A program made the position numbers and the translations under genes. From assembly GCA_016213525.1 (NCBI GenBank), contig JACRAE010000006.1:16691-80690 (forward strand): a stretch of DNA of 64,000 bases, in the 5' to 3' direction. This stretch comes from Candidatus Aenigmatarchaeota archaeon (GTDB lineage: Archaea; Aenigmatarchaeota; Aenigmatarchaeia; CG10238-14; SCSR01). Each line of letters starts with the position of its first letter. Within the stretch, counting starts at the first letter, position 1. The notes beneath the pieces were generated by a model. The model was not told where the DNA came from. It worked only from the letters and a program-made list of their open reading frames with translations, and searched no databases. Of the stretch, positions 28,101 to 36,955 are shown in pieces.

Positions 28101-28996
28101 ATCGTAGGATGGCAGATGCTCGTCTCGTTCACGCATACGGTAGCCTCCGTGACATAGCTGATAATCACAATACCCGAGCCACCGTTACCTCCGGTAGAAG
28201 TTCCGCTTGCGCTACCGCCGCCATCTCCCGTATTTGCGCTTGCTGTAACGCCAGCACAATTCCCACAGGAGCTAGATTTTGCCTCGCCTCCCGTTGACCG
28301 ATTTACCGAGGAGCCTGATATTGAAGACGATAGGCCTACACCACCTGCAATCAAGCTTCCAGTTCCATCGAGACCTATAGAGCCCGCACCACCGCCTGAA
28401 CCACCGGCATTACCATTACAGTTACCGCCATTGTTACCTTGACCGGCTGGCGATGCGGAGCCCGCACCACCACTACAGGTATTTCCTCCTCCCGAACCGC
28501 CACCAGAACCACCGCTACCGCCGCCAAGAGCAGGCGGTCCGCCACCCTCACCGTAACCGCCGCGCCCACCACCAGCCGAGGTTATAGTTGAAAATGTTGA
28601 ATCGGTTCCATAAGCACCATAATCACCAAATACCCCGCCCGACCCGCCGGAACCCACGGTAATTGTATAACTCTGAGAGGTCACAGCAAAATTTGTCCCA
28701 TTTCTATAACCGCCCGCCCCGCCCCCGCCACCGGAACGGCTTGTTGTCGCACCACCGCCTCCACCACCACCCGCAACTACAAGATAATCCACGTTGCCGC
28801 CGCTCGTAACTGTGAACGTCCCGTTAGAAGTGAACGTGTGGATTGTCCTATCGCCATAATACGTAATCGTTCCGCCCGTGGCCCTGACCGCGTCCGCTTC
28901 CGGAACTACGAGGGAAAAGGCCACCAAAAAAGACAGGGCAAAGACCGACGAGAACGCGGTGAGGGAGACTAGGGACGGTGCTGTTCGGCTGCTCAT
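25172..28996 (-). CDS. Large secreted surface/adhesin-like protein: signal peptide, Gly-rich domain, LamG-like domain, right-handed beta-helix, C-terminal beta domains
   Basis: YLVVAGGGGGG...GSGIVIISY; AYYMFD...IDEFSIWDRALT; Asn-rich parallel beta-helix repeats. Confidence 0.85.
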   Translation of the reverse strand: MSSRTAPSLVSLTAFSSVFALSFLVAFSLVVPEADAVRATGGTITYYGDRTIHTFTSNGTFTVTSGGNVDYLVVAGGGGGGGATTSRSGGGGGAGGYRNGTNFAVTSQSYTITVGSGGSGGVFGDYGAYGTDSTFSTITSAGGGRGGYGEGGGPPALGGGSGGSGGGSGGGNTCSGGAGSASPAGQGNNGGNCNGNAGGSGGGAGSIGLDGTGSLIAGGVGLSSSISGSSVNRSTGGEAKSSSCGNCAGVTASANTGDGGGSASGTSTGGNGGSGIVIISYVTEATVCVNETSICHPTIQAAINNATSGQTVVMVEKKASGISMSNIKAYYMFDNSDGNLTNMAGSLNAGSSIGSDGNMSVRPNVTRAAGKLGGAFWYVASGAPYGYSEAHSGSNTTKWEFLHYQGGSSMTTSMNLWIKLTEYPTSSRAAIFSDARTVFSESGFELLLRSTRTLGVNIRGTQDILGLQTPVDALPADGNFHMVTLVIDSTDSNSSNRARIYVDNQLKAASSVNPVYGISGAPTRYPTIASSAESTYTNSTIDEFSIWDRALTDNERSILWNGGIGQSLIEYAQYNENVTVNVTGLTLTSNASTRPMIWSNSSHPLYITANNVTVKDMVILYNGSTSSLFSVYVTSVNATVYNNVINNTGSGNYGHGVHYYTGSVSGRIENNTINIAGGDNNIAIRLHGGDDNNTIQQNIISVGVNSGGGNLGIYVQSSSGNNFTQNTISTNGASSGNNGIYLFSSSNSNVFSLNNISTNGTNTNEAILISSSGSNNFTYNNITASGNYNDKGVYVTGSSGSTKNMIGYNEIRTSGYQNSANACIHLESSANSTIVIGNLLVSCQGSPGNSGIYIETSWNSVLNNTVGITGWQYGIYVSGSNNALVGNNMTVTENVGGTDLVVGEYFSGSNNVVYRDIINMVKATNTGVTNSGMIIYDSNNNTFYDINITNLPGKSSLALGGVSSSKYGYLVNATFNRSAITFPYNGASTSTKLFVQHRMNAVVRDQSNNAVNGALIYGNDTASVANTDNPSSNFSATTNSTGQIPTQLLSEFMANGTYNQTSGYLYFSNYVISASKSGYFPYSTSLNVTSYQNLSAQLEQVLSTIEITARSLYSLTGLQMTSGIATATILETGDSGSATISGAQWSIPIYSRTDLNNTGFTLGIFVNDTNGKSGYFVSRIFGSSSLPPQTTCAAQKWRLTGTVTDPASGSFSSSGTVRVEVEGTQNTNSTAFSNGFWDISLEPCLVSGKVYTFNVLLSDAAGRNGLIVLRQVAK

Positions 28997-29038
28997 GTAC
29001 GAGGATTATTTGTCCTTCCCGGGGAATATCTTTTCCCG

Positions 29039-29479
29039 TCAGACTATTTTCTCCCTCAAATAGAGCTCCGACTCGTAAAGGTCGTCCGGAACGTCCGCGG
29101 CGTCTATGAAGAACACGTCGTTCAGACCCGCCAGGCTGGAGAGCTTGGATTTGAGCCTCTCCCTCGTGAGGTTCGTCTCCACCTCGTACGCTATCATGTT
29201 GTCCATGTCCAGAACATCGACTATGCCGCCGTTGACCTCCACCTCCGTTCCGACCCTCCTCTTCATGCCCCTCAGTATCTTGAATATGGACGCCTTCACG
29301 AGCCAGTGCTTCATCGTCTCGCTGCCCGCGTTAGGGAACAGGCAGTTCTCGCCCTTCTGTGAGATGACGAATCCGTTTTCCTTCAAGAGCTCCCTGGATC
29401 TGAAGTACGGTATGCCGTTTTGGCTCCTCAGTCCGTACCTCCTCACCCTTTCGCCCACGCTCTTCTTCCGATTCTGCAT
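29039..29479 (-). CDS. Hypothetical PD-(D/E)XK-like protein
   Basis: H..VK...TEVEVNGGIVDVLD...AYEVET. Confidence 0.55.
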   Translation of the reverse strand: MQNRKKSVGERVRRYGLRSQNGIPYFRSRELLKENGFVISQKGENCLFPNAGSETMKHWLVKASIFKILRGMKRRVGTEVEVNGGIVDVLDMDNMIAYEVETNLTRERLKSKLSSLAGLNDVFFIDAADVPDDLYESELYLREKIV

Positions 29480-29550
29480 GAGAAGTTTTTCTTTGATGTC
29501 CTATATTTTACGTTGCGACCACCAAGCGCGGTTCTAAACTGTAATCATCC

Positions 29551-30786
29551 ATGGCCGCGCTTCTGGTTATAATGCTGGAGCTCCTCCTCTTCGCAATTCT
29601 TGGCGCGGCAATCGGAGTCGTCACTGGCCTGGTTCCAGGGATGCACGTGAACAACCTACTCCCGATTCTGATTCCGCTGTCCCTAATGTTCGGACCTTAC
29701 CAGGTCGTTGTCATGATAGTGTCTATGTCCGTAGTCCAGATATTCGTCGGCTTCATACCCAGCATATTCCTGGGCGCCCCCGAGGCAGATTCGTCATTGT
29801 CGACGTTGCCGGGACACCAGCTACTCCAGGAGGGCAGGGGACTGGAGGCAATCAAGCTCACGGTGGTCGGCGGGCTCGGCGCCCTCCTCGTGTCCCTGAC
29901 AATCGTCTACCTCCTGTCCCCATACTTCCGGGACCTCTACGAGATGTCGAGGCCGTACATAGCCTACATTCTTTTGGGTATCGTCGGGTTCCTCGTCGTC
30001 GGCCAGTCCGGCTTCAAAAAAAAACTGGCGAGCCTTGTGATGATTCTGCTGTCCGGAATCTTCGGCCTCGCCGCCCTCAATTCGCCTTACTCGAACCAGC
30101 AGACCATACTGTTCCCGGTGCTTTCCGGGCTGTTCGGAATCAGCATCCTGTTAGTCAGCTCCATGAAAGGCTCCAAAATTCCCGACCAGACTGGGGACTC
30201 GTTCCTGTGCTCCAGGCAGAATCTAATAAAATCGATAGCTCTCGGCTCGGTTGCCGGCATATGCGTGGGCTTCCTCCCGGCGATAGGGGTGTCGCAGGCG
30301 GCCGTCATATTCCAAGGGATAGGAAGCCTGTCGGACGCCAGGAGCTTCCTGGTTTCCCTCTCCGGGATAAACGTGGCGAACGAGGTCTTCTCTCTGAACT
30401 CCGTCTACCTCATCGGCAACCCAAGGTCCGGCTCGAGCGTGGCGATGGAGGAGATAATGGGCGGCCTGAAGGCGGCAGACGTCGCCCTGTTCTCGGGCGT
30501 GATAATATTCTCGTGCGGCATCGGTGCACTGGCCACCGTTTTCCTGGCGAGGCGGGTACCGAAGATTTTGTGCAAGCTGAACTACAGGACTCTGTCCCTG
30601 TCAGTATGCGCGCTGATGCTGGGGATGGTGTTATTCACGAGCGGGGCCTACGGGATTCTGGTGGCGCTGTCCGGGGCCTCGATAGGGATCCTGTGCGACC
30701 GCCTCGGCGCGAGGAAGAGCGACTGCATGGGCGTGCTGCTTGTGCCGTCCCTGTTTTTCTTTCTCGGTCTGGGACCCGTACTTTAG
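29551..30786 (+). CDS. Archaeal TctA-family (tripartite tricarboxylate transporter-like) membrane protein
   Basis: TGLVPGMHVN, FIPSIFLGAP, LPGH, GNPRSG; many TM helices. Confidence 0.85.
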   Translation: MAALLVIMLELLLFAILGAAIGVVTGLVPGMHVNNLLPILIPLSLMFGPYQVVVMIVSMSVVQIFVGFIPSIFLGAPEADSSLSTLPGHQLLQEGRGLEAIKLTVVGGLGALLVSLTIVYLLSPYFRDLYEMSRPYIAYILLGIVGFLVVGQSGFKKKLASLVMILLSGIFGLAALNSPYSNQQTILFPVLSGLFGISILLVSSMKGSKIPDQTGDSFLCSRQNLIKSIALGSVAGICVGFLPAIGVSQAAVIFQGIGSLSDARSFLVSLSGINVANEVFSLNSVYLIGNPRSGSSVAMEEIMGGLKAADVALFSGVIIFSCGIGALATVFLARRVPKILCKLNYRTLSLSVCALMLGMVLFTSGAYGILVALSGASIGILCDRLGARKSDCMGVLLVPSLFFFLGLGPVL

Positions 30787-30834
30787 GGACTCGGATTGTT
30801 TATAAAAATCAGCGAGGACAGATTCCTTTAGGAC

Positions 30835-33153
30835 ATGTTGACCAAGAAAGGACTTTTGAAGGACTTCCAGAAGGAGCCAGAGAAGCACTGGAAAGTGAAC
30901 CTATTCCACGAGAAGGGCTTCAAGAGAAGCGTCTGCCACTGTGGCAAGTCGTTCTGGTCCTTATCGGATAGGAAAGAGTGCCCTGAGCACGAGGACTACG
31001 GATTCATCGGGACAAAGGTGTCGAAGGTAAAATGGGACTACATAGAGTCCTGGAGGGAGTTTGAGAAGTTTTTCAAGAAGGAGGGCCACACGCCGATACC
31101 TAGGTATCCGGTCATCTCCAGGTGGCATCCGACGCTGTTCTTCACGCAGGCCTCGATACAGGACTTCCAGAGGTTCGACGGCGACGTGCTCGAGTTCGAC
31201 TACCCGCACAACCCCCTCATCGTGCCGCAGGCCTGTCTTAGGTTCAACGACATAGAGAACGTCGGCATCACCGGCAGGCACATGACGGCCTTCGTGATGG
31301 CGGGCCAGCACGCGTTCAACGACTCGACGGGGAACGGCTACTGGAAGGACAGGTGCATAGAGCTCAACTTCTCGTTTTTGTCTGAAGTGATGGGCATACC
31401 CGAGGACGAGATTACGTACGTTGAAGATATGTGGGCGATGAACGACATGTCCGCGTTCGGACCCTCGATGGAGTCCTACTCGCGCGGTTTGGAGATCGTG
31501 AACAGCGTCTTCATGCAGTTCCAGGGCATGGGCGACTCCTATAGGGAGCTGCCCCTGAAGGTGATAGACGTGGGTTGGGGCTTCGACAGGCTTTCGTGGT
31601 TCTCGCAGGGCACACCGACGATATACGACTCCTCGTTCGGTCCGGTGGTAGGGAGGATGAAGAAGGAGCTTTCGATCGATTATGATGAAGACCTGTTCAA
31701 GAGGTACGCCTCCGTCTCCAAGAACCTCGACGTGGACGACACTCCGGATTTGAAGAAGGCCAGGCTCGAGACGGCTAAGAGGCTCGGCGTCTCCGTCGAA
31801 GACTTGGAGAGGAAGATTGGACCGATGGAGGCCGCTTATGCGGTCCTGGACCACTCGCGCGCCCTCGCCTTCGCGATATCCGACGGCGGAATGCCCTCGA
31901 ACGTCGGCGGCGGCTACAACCTACGCGTGATAGCGAGGCGCGCCATGAGCTTCATCGAGAAGCACAACTGGAACCTGAAGCTGGAGGACGTCGCCCTGTG
32001 GCACGCCGAGTACCTGAAGCCCATGTTCCCGGAGCTCTCGAAGAACGAGGACGAGATAGTGAAGGTGCTGCAGACGGAGGAGAGGAGGTTCAGGCAGAAC
32101 AGGGAGAGGTCGAAGAAGATAGCCGACTCGATGCGCGGCAAGGCGCCCACCACGGACGAGCTGGCGAGGCTGTACGACTCCGATGGCGTGACTCCAGAGC
32201 AGCTCGGCGTCGAGACCCCGTCGGACTTCTATGACGCCGTCACGAAGAGGCACATGGTCCAGGAGAAGGAGGAGGTCAAGTCGAAGCTGGACGTCTCCGG
32301 CATCGCCCCGACGGGGGTTCTATATTACGAGGAGCCCTACGTCTTCGAGTTCGACGCCAAGATACTGAAATTATTCGGCGACAACGACGACCTCGTCGTG
32401 CTGGACAGGACCGCGTTCTATCCGACGGGCGGAGGGCAGATGCACGACAACGGGGAGATAAACGGAATCAAGGTGATCAACGTCTTCAAGCTGGGCAAGG
32501 TAATTGTGCATAAACTCGCGGGTCCAATGGCGCGCTCTAAGGAAGCAAAGTGCAAGGTCGACAGGTCGAGGAGAGAGAAACTGATGAGGCACCACGACGC
32601 GGTCCACATAGTCAACGGCGCGACGAAGGCCGTGCTAGGGTCCCACGTGAACCAGGCCGGGTCGGAGAAGGACGTTGACAAGGCCAGGCTCGACATAACC
32701 CACTACGACGCGCTCACCGACGCGGAGGTCGCGGAGATAGAGAGGTTGGCGAACGAGGTGGCGGCGAAGGACCTGCCGATAGATAAGGAGGAGATGCCGA
32801 GGGGCGACGCGGAGCAGAAGTACGGCTTCCGAATATACCAGGGAGGCTACGTGCCTTCGAAGGAGATAAGGGTGGTCGAGGTGAGGGGCTTCGACATAGA
32901 GGCCTGCGGAGGGACCCACGGCGACAGCACGGCCGGCGCGGGCCCGATTAAGATAACGCGCACCAAGAAGATAGCGGACGGCCTGGTGAGGATAGAGCTG
33001 GTCGCGGGCGAGGTCGCACTCGAGTATTTGAGGGAGAAGGGAAAGATATTGGCAGAGGTGGCTGAGAAGCTCGGCGTGCCTGAGGACGACGTGCCGAAGG
33101 CCGTAGGCGAGCTGTTCGACGCCTGGAAGAAATTGAGGAGAGGAAAAAAATGA
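30835..33153 (+). CDS. alaS: Alanyl-tRNA synthetase (archaeal type, short C-terminus)
   Basis: ASIQDFQ, NVGITGRH, PSNVGGGYNLR, TAFYPTGGGQ, editing motifs HDAVH and CGGTH. Confidence 0.97.
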   Translation: MLTKKGLLKDFQKEPEKHWKVNLFHEKGFKRSVCHCGKSFWSLSDRKECPEHEDYGFIGTKVSKVKWDYIESWREFEKFFKKEGHTPIPRYPVISRWHPTLFFTQASIQDFQRFDGDVLEFDYPHNPLIVPQACLRFNDIENVGITGRHMTAFVMAGQHAFNDSTGNGYWKDRCIELNFSFLSEVMGIPEDEITYVEDMWAMNDMSAFGPSMESYSRGLEIVNSVFMQFQGMGDSYRELPLKVIDVGWGFDRLSWFSQGTPTIYDSSFGPVVGRMKKELSIDYDEDLFKRYASVSKNLDVDDTPDLKKARLETAKRLGVSVEDLERKIGPMEAAYAVLDHSRALAFAISDGGMPSNVGGGYNLRVIARRAMSFIEKHNWNLKLEDVALWHAEYLKPMFPELSKNEDEIVKVLQTEERRFRQNRERSKKIADSMRGKAPTTDELARLYDSDGVTPEQLGVETPSDFYDAVTKRHMVQEKEEVKSKLDVSGIAPTGVLYYEEPYVFEFDAKILKLFGDNDDLVVLDRTAFYPTGGGQMHDNGEINGIKVINVFKLGKVIVHKLAGPMARSKEAKCKVDRSRREKLMRHHDAVHIVNGATKAVLGSHVNQAGSEKDVDKARLDITHYDALTDAEVAEIERLANEVAAKDLPIDKEEMPRGDAEQKYGFRIYQGGYVPSKEIRVVEVRGFDIEACGGTHGDSTAGAGPIKITRTKKIADGLVRIELVAGEVALEYLREKGKILAEVAEKLGVPEDDVPKAVGELFDAWKKLRRGKK

Positions 33154-33464
33154 GCCTTACGATGATTGTGACCACGTTCGAGAACGAGAAGCAGGCATCC
33201 GGGATGGAGAAGGACCTCCTGGAGAAGAGGATGGCCGCGTGCGTCAAGCTCAGTTCGGTCAAGAGCTCCTACCTGTGGAAGGGCAAGGTCGTTAGGGGGG
33301 AGGAGGTGATGATGACGGTCATCACCGACGTGAAAAAGTCGAGCTCGGTCGTGTCGCTTATCAAAAAGTCCCATCCCTACGACGTGCCGGAGATCATCGA
33401 GATACCGGTGAAGATCAGGGAGAAGGCTTACATGGAGTGGGTCGAGAATGTCACAAAAAACTGA
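33150..33464 (+). CDS. cutA: Divalent-cation tolerance protein CutA
   Basis: AACV, SSYLWKG, HPYDVPEII, YMEW. Confidence 0.93.
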   Translation: MSLTMIVTTFENEKQASGMEKDLLEKRMAACVKLSSVKSSYLWKGKVVRGEEVMMTVITDVKKSSSVVSLIKKSHPYDVPEIIEIPVKIREKAYMEWVENVTKN

Positions 33465-33597
33465 GTGGGAGGAGCTCAACAGGAAGGAGAGGCTGGTCCG
33501 CGAGGCGGCCGCCATACTGAGCGTCGGTGATAAAGATCTGTCAAAAGTTGTGGACAGGTTCTTGAAAGAAATCGAGGAAATGAAGAAGTCCGCTTAG
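33448..33597 (+). CDS. 49-aa helical micro-protein resembling the AlaRS C-terminal helical segment (not in the ORF track)
   Basis: MSQKTEWEELNRKERLVREAAAILSVGDKDLSKVVDRFLKEIEEMKKSA*; overlaps the end of cutA. Confidence 0.65.
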   Translation: MSQKTEWEELNRKERLVREAAAILSVGDKDLSKVVDRFLKEIEEMKKSA

Positions 33598-34088
33598 GCG
33601 GGCTTCGCTTTCTTCTTGTTAATCTTGTCGAGCTTGACCTCTATCTCGGCCAGCTCCCTCACTATGTCCGTGTCCAGCTTCCTCATCTCGTCCTCCGGGA
33701 GCTCGCGGCTGAGGAACTTCTTCTTGAGCCTGCTCGTTATCTCCTTCAGGTCGTCCTCCCTGTCCTTCAGGTTCTTGGCCTCGTTCGCCCTCTCGGTGTA
33801 GAGGATGAAAAAGCTCGTGAAAGACAGCGCGGCTCCGCCAAGTATGAGCAGGTAAGACGATATTGTTATCGTCGGGTTCTCCGTAGAGCCGCTCGTGAAC
33901 GCGGCCTGTATGAGATAATTGATTCCTATTAGGAACGTCCCGAATGCCATGTTGACCCAGGGGAACGTTAGCTTCTTATCGGTCCCGCTCGACCTGCCCA
34001 CGTATATCTGGAGCGCCCCTATGACAAAGAACGCCATCGAAGCAGCCAGATTTATCACCGTGTTGAACTCCGGCGACACTTCAATCAT
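33594..34088 (-). CDS. Membrane protein (3 TM helices plus cytoplasmic coiled coil)
   Basis: Hydrophobic N-terminal half, charged helical C-terminus. Confidence 0.75.
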   Translation of the reverse strand: MIEVSPEFNTVINLAASMAFFVIGALQIYVGRSSGTDKKLTFPWVNMAFGTFLIGINYLIQAAFTSGSTENPTITISSYLLILGGAALSFTSFFILYTERANEAKNLKDREDDLKEITSRLKKKFLSRELPEDEMRKLDTDIVRELAEIEVKLDKINKKKAKPA

Positions 34089-34112
34089 AATTGAGATTTG
34101 CCTTTTGTTGGC

Positions 34113-34979
34113 TTAAACCATCAGGGTGCCCACGAAAAGGAAGGCCGACTTGGCAAAGTACTCGCCGTCGACTATGAAGTCACATATGACGTTCTTTCTG
34201 TTCTCGTTCCTTTCCAGGAGGTACATGTACACGGCCGCATAGATTGAGCTGATTGCGGCGAAGTAAACCAGTGGACCCATGATGCCTATCACACCCACTA
34301 AGACCATGAATACGCCCAGGAACGCGTTCATTATCATGACTACGGACCTGGTCTTATCCAAACCCATGCGGACGGGAATCGTCTGTATGTTGTTCTTCCT
34401 ATCGCCCTCATGATCCCTCATGTCGAACACGACTGTGTTGATGAATATCCTGCCTATGAAGAAGAACGATGTCACCATCAGGGGCACGAAGCTGAACGTG
34501 CTCGAATATGAGTTGACCAAGACCACCACGAATATAGTCCACGCCACGGCGACGCCTATGTTCTTGCCCACCGTTATGTCCTTTATCCTCCTGAATCTGT
34601 GGTTGGTGGGGAGCTTCACAGTGTAGAGGATTACGAATATCAATGGCACGAAGGACAGAGGTACCAGGTCCATCCTCTCCGTGGCTATCAGCACGACCCC
34701 GATAACGTACGCCACAATCGAGAGGGCGGACAGCTGTTTGTAGTATATTTCCATATACTTCGCCCTCGACTTGTGCTGCTTAGCGTCGTCTTCCATCTCT
34801 ATCACCCTGTTGAGCGAGTAGGACGAGAAGAATATCAGGAAGCTGGCCAGGTACACGACGTAGCCTATGTCAACTCCGAGCATGGTGCTGGACGAGTACA
34901 CCATTGCCATAGCCACGATTCCGACCATTATATCGCCGTGGAAAAGGGTTTTTAGGATTTTCGAGAGCAGCGTCCTCAT
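34113..34979 (-). CDS. UbiA-family prenyltransferase
   Basis: NRVIEMEDD and DMRDHEGD acidic motifs, TIPV, many TM helices. Confidence 0.85.
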   Translation of the reverse strand: MRTLLSKILKTLFHGDIMVGIVAMAMVYSSSTMLGVDIGYVVYLASFLIFFSSYSLNRVIEMEDDAKQHKSRAKYMEIYYKQLSALSIVAYVIGVVLIATERMDLVPLSFVPLIFVILYTVKLPTNHRFRRIKDITVGKNIGVAVAWTIFVVVLVNSYSSTFSFVPLMVTSFFFIGRIFINTVVFDMRDHEGDRKNNIQTIPVRMGLDKTRSVVMIMNAFLGVFMVLVGVIGIMGPLVYFAAISSIYAAVYMYLLERNENRKNVICDFIVDGEYFAKSAFLFVGTLMV

Positions 34980-36115
34980 TCGTATGCCTCCAGTACGAAG
35001 AATCCTTGGCTGGTGCCCATAGATATCTTGTCGAGGAGGACCTGTCTACCGGCCTTGCCTGAAAGTATGCCGGACACCATGCCTCTGAACATCGAGAATG
35101 TCACAGAACCGGCTAGGGGAGTCCATGGGAAGTAGTTTGAGATTATCCTGTACTTTCCGTCCTTGTTTAGGACTATGGAATCGCCCCACCCCAGGGCGGA
35201 CAGGTAGTCCGATATGAGGGGTTCCACCTTACCATTATCGAGCTTCTGCGCGAGCCTCATACCGTAGTCGAACGCCGACTGGAAAACTATTCTGTCGCCG
35301 TTCTCTTTAGACAGGGCGGTCTCCACGAGGTAGAATATGCTGGCTTCGCACAGCATGTGGCGCTCGTCCGCGAACTTCACGACCCCGTTCTTGTATTCTA
35401 TGTGGCCGGAGTCGACCATGTTCTTGAAGGAGCTCCTTGAAAACTGCGGTTCCCTAATCTGGTTCAGTTCGACATATTCAGGTGTGACTATCTTCACGTT
35501 GTCCGTAGACTCGGACTCCGGGTAGTTCAGGCCGACGTCGCGCAGCCTGTAGTTCGGCGCATACACCATGTCGCAGGTGTCCGCCCCCCGACCGATACAC
35601 TTCGGGTGGGAACCCTCTATCGTCGGATCGTCCATTATATATTCCCAGAAACCGGCTCCCGTGCCCTCGGATATTATCCTCCCGATGCCGCTCTTCCTGC
35701 ATACAACGAAGTCCGTAGCCTTCATTTCCAGGGTCTTCTTTTCGAGGTCCAGTGTGTGCTGTATGCCACCGCTCCACATAGCCTCCATGTATCTGATGAA
35801 CATGTAGACGAACTCCTGCATCTCCTCTTCCTTGCCTGGCTCGAACTTGGGAAAGGCCGACATCTTAGAATAGGTCCTGCCGAAAGTCTTGCCTGCCGAG
35901 TAGAGCAGCTTCGCGCCCCTCTCTCCCATCTTGGACTCCACGTTCCTCTCTATGTTGGCAAATATCTCCTCGGGGAAGAATATCTCGCGCATGAACACAT
36001 TCGCGCCCTTCTCGCTGAATTGTGTTACGACGAACCCGGGGTTCTCAATCAGTTCCATTCTGGACATCTCTATGTTCTTGATGAACCATGACACCAGGTT
36101 GTCTTTGACGCCCAT
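34976..36115 (-). CDS. V4R (4-vinyl reductase-like) domain protein, probably tandem
   Basis: LYSAGKTFG, VVC...G..AG, KCIGRGADTC; second repeat GWG...MFRGMVSG. Confidence 0.65.
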   Translation of the reverse strand: MGVKDNLVSWFIKNIEMSRMELIENPGFVVTQFSEKGANVFMREIFFPEEIFANIERNVESKMGERGAKLLYSAGKTFGRTYSKMSAFPKFEPGKEEEMQEFVYMFIRYMEAMWSGGIQHTLDLEKKTLEMKATDFVVCRKSGIGRIISEGTGAGFWEYIMDDPTIEGSHPKCIGRGADTCDMVYAPNYRLRDVGLNYPESESTDNVKIVTPEYVELNQIREPQFSRSSFKNMVDSGHIEYKNGVVKFADERHMLCEASIFYLVETALSKENGDRIVFQSAFDYGMRLAQKLDNGKVEPLISDYLSALGWGDSIVLNKDGKYRIISNYFPWTPLAGSVTFSMFRGMVSGILSGKAGRQVLLDKISMGTSQGFFVLEAYE

Positions 36116-36199
36116 TCAAACCACTTTATCATAAATTCGGTTCGGGCGACAAAAAGCGTTTTAGTCCATATTTTGATGGAAAAACGTTTATTACAGCTT

Positions 36200-36904
36200 T
36201 CAGTCGCTGACCCGTATGCCTTTCGGGGAGAATTCTAGCGTGTGTATGCTCTCGTCTATCTTGGTCCTCCTCATCTTCCTGACCTCTATCGTCCTGTTGC
36301 CGGCCTGGCCCAGGGTCATGTACCTGAGCACGACAACTCCGTCGACGATGAACTCCTCGAAGCCGAACATGCTAATCTTCTTCGCGTCCCCCTCGGGTAT
36401 CTCGCAGATGAAGAGCGCGGTCGCGCCGGTGCTCTCTATCGTGCGCATGTAGCTGAAGACCTCGCTCCTGACCTTCCCGGGGTCCATGGAGGAAGTCTTC
36501 CATCCCAGTGCTGCAACTGTGAGGCTGTCCAGCACGAATCTGGTAGCCTGGACCCTTCCTATGTAGGCGAGCGATATGTCCTGCAGGTCCTTTATGCTAG
36601 TGGGCTCGGCCGAGACCACGATGAGCTTGCCGTCCTCGTAGTACTTCCTCATGGCGGCCCCCCACTCGAAACCCGACATGTCCCGCAGGAATTCCTCGAT
36701 CTTCTGCTCGAGCGACAGGTAGACGCAGGTCTCGCCCCTGTTCAGCCCCTCCAATATGTACTGCATGCAAAATATGGATTTTCCGCTACCGGCCTGACCC
36801 GCTATGAGGTATGTTGAGCCCCTGACGAAGCCGCCCTCGACGAGGTTGTCGAATCCCGGTATGCCGGTGGGCACCCTATCAGTCTGGCCGGTTGAGGACG
36901 GCAT
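36200..36904 (-). CDS. KaiC-like (RecA-superfamily) ATPase, single domain
   Basis: PTGIPGFD, GQAGSGKS, VLDSL, DGVVVL, VRKMR. Confidence 0.92.
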   Translation of the reverse strand: MPSSTGQTDRVPTGIPGFDNLVEGGFVRGSTYLIAGQAGSGKSIFCMQYILEGLNRGETCVYLSLEQKIEEFLRDMSGFEWGAAMRKYYEDGKLIVVSAEPTSIKDLQDISLAYIGRVQATRFVLDSLTVAALGWKTSSMDPGKVRSEVFSYMRTIESTGATALFICEIPEGDAKKISMFGFEEFIVDGVVVLRYMTLGQAGNRTIEVRKMRRTKIDESIHTLEFSPKGIRVSD

Positions 36905-36955
36905 ACATTAGACTTCGTTCGGGTCCATATTAAAAGTGCCTGTTGTCCGCCTAGG

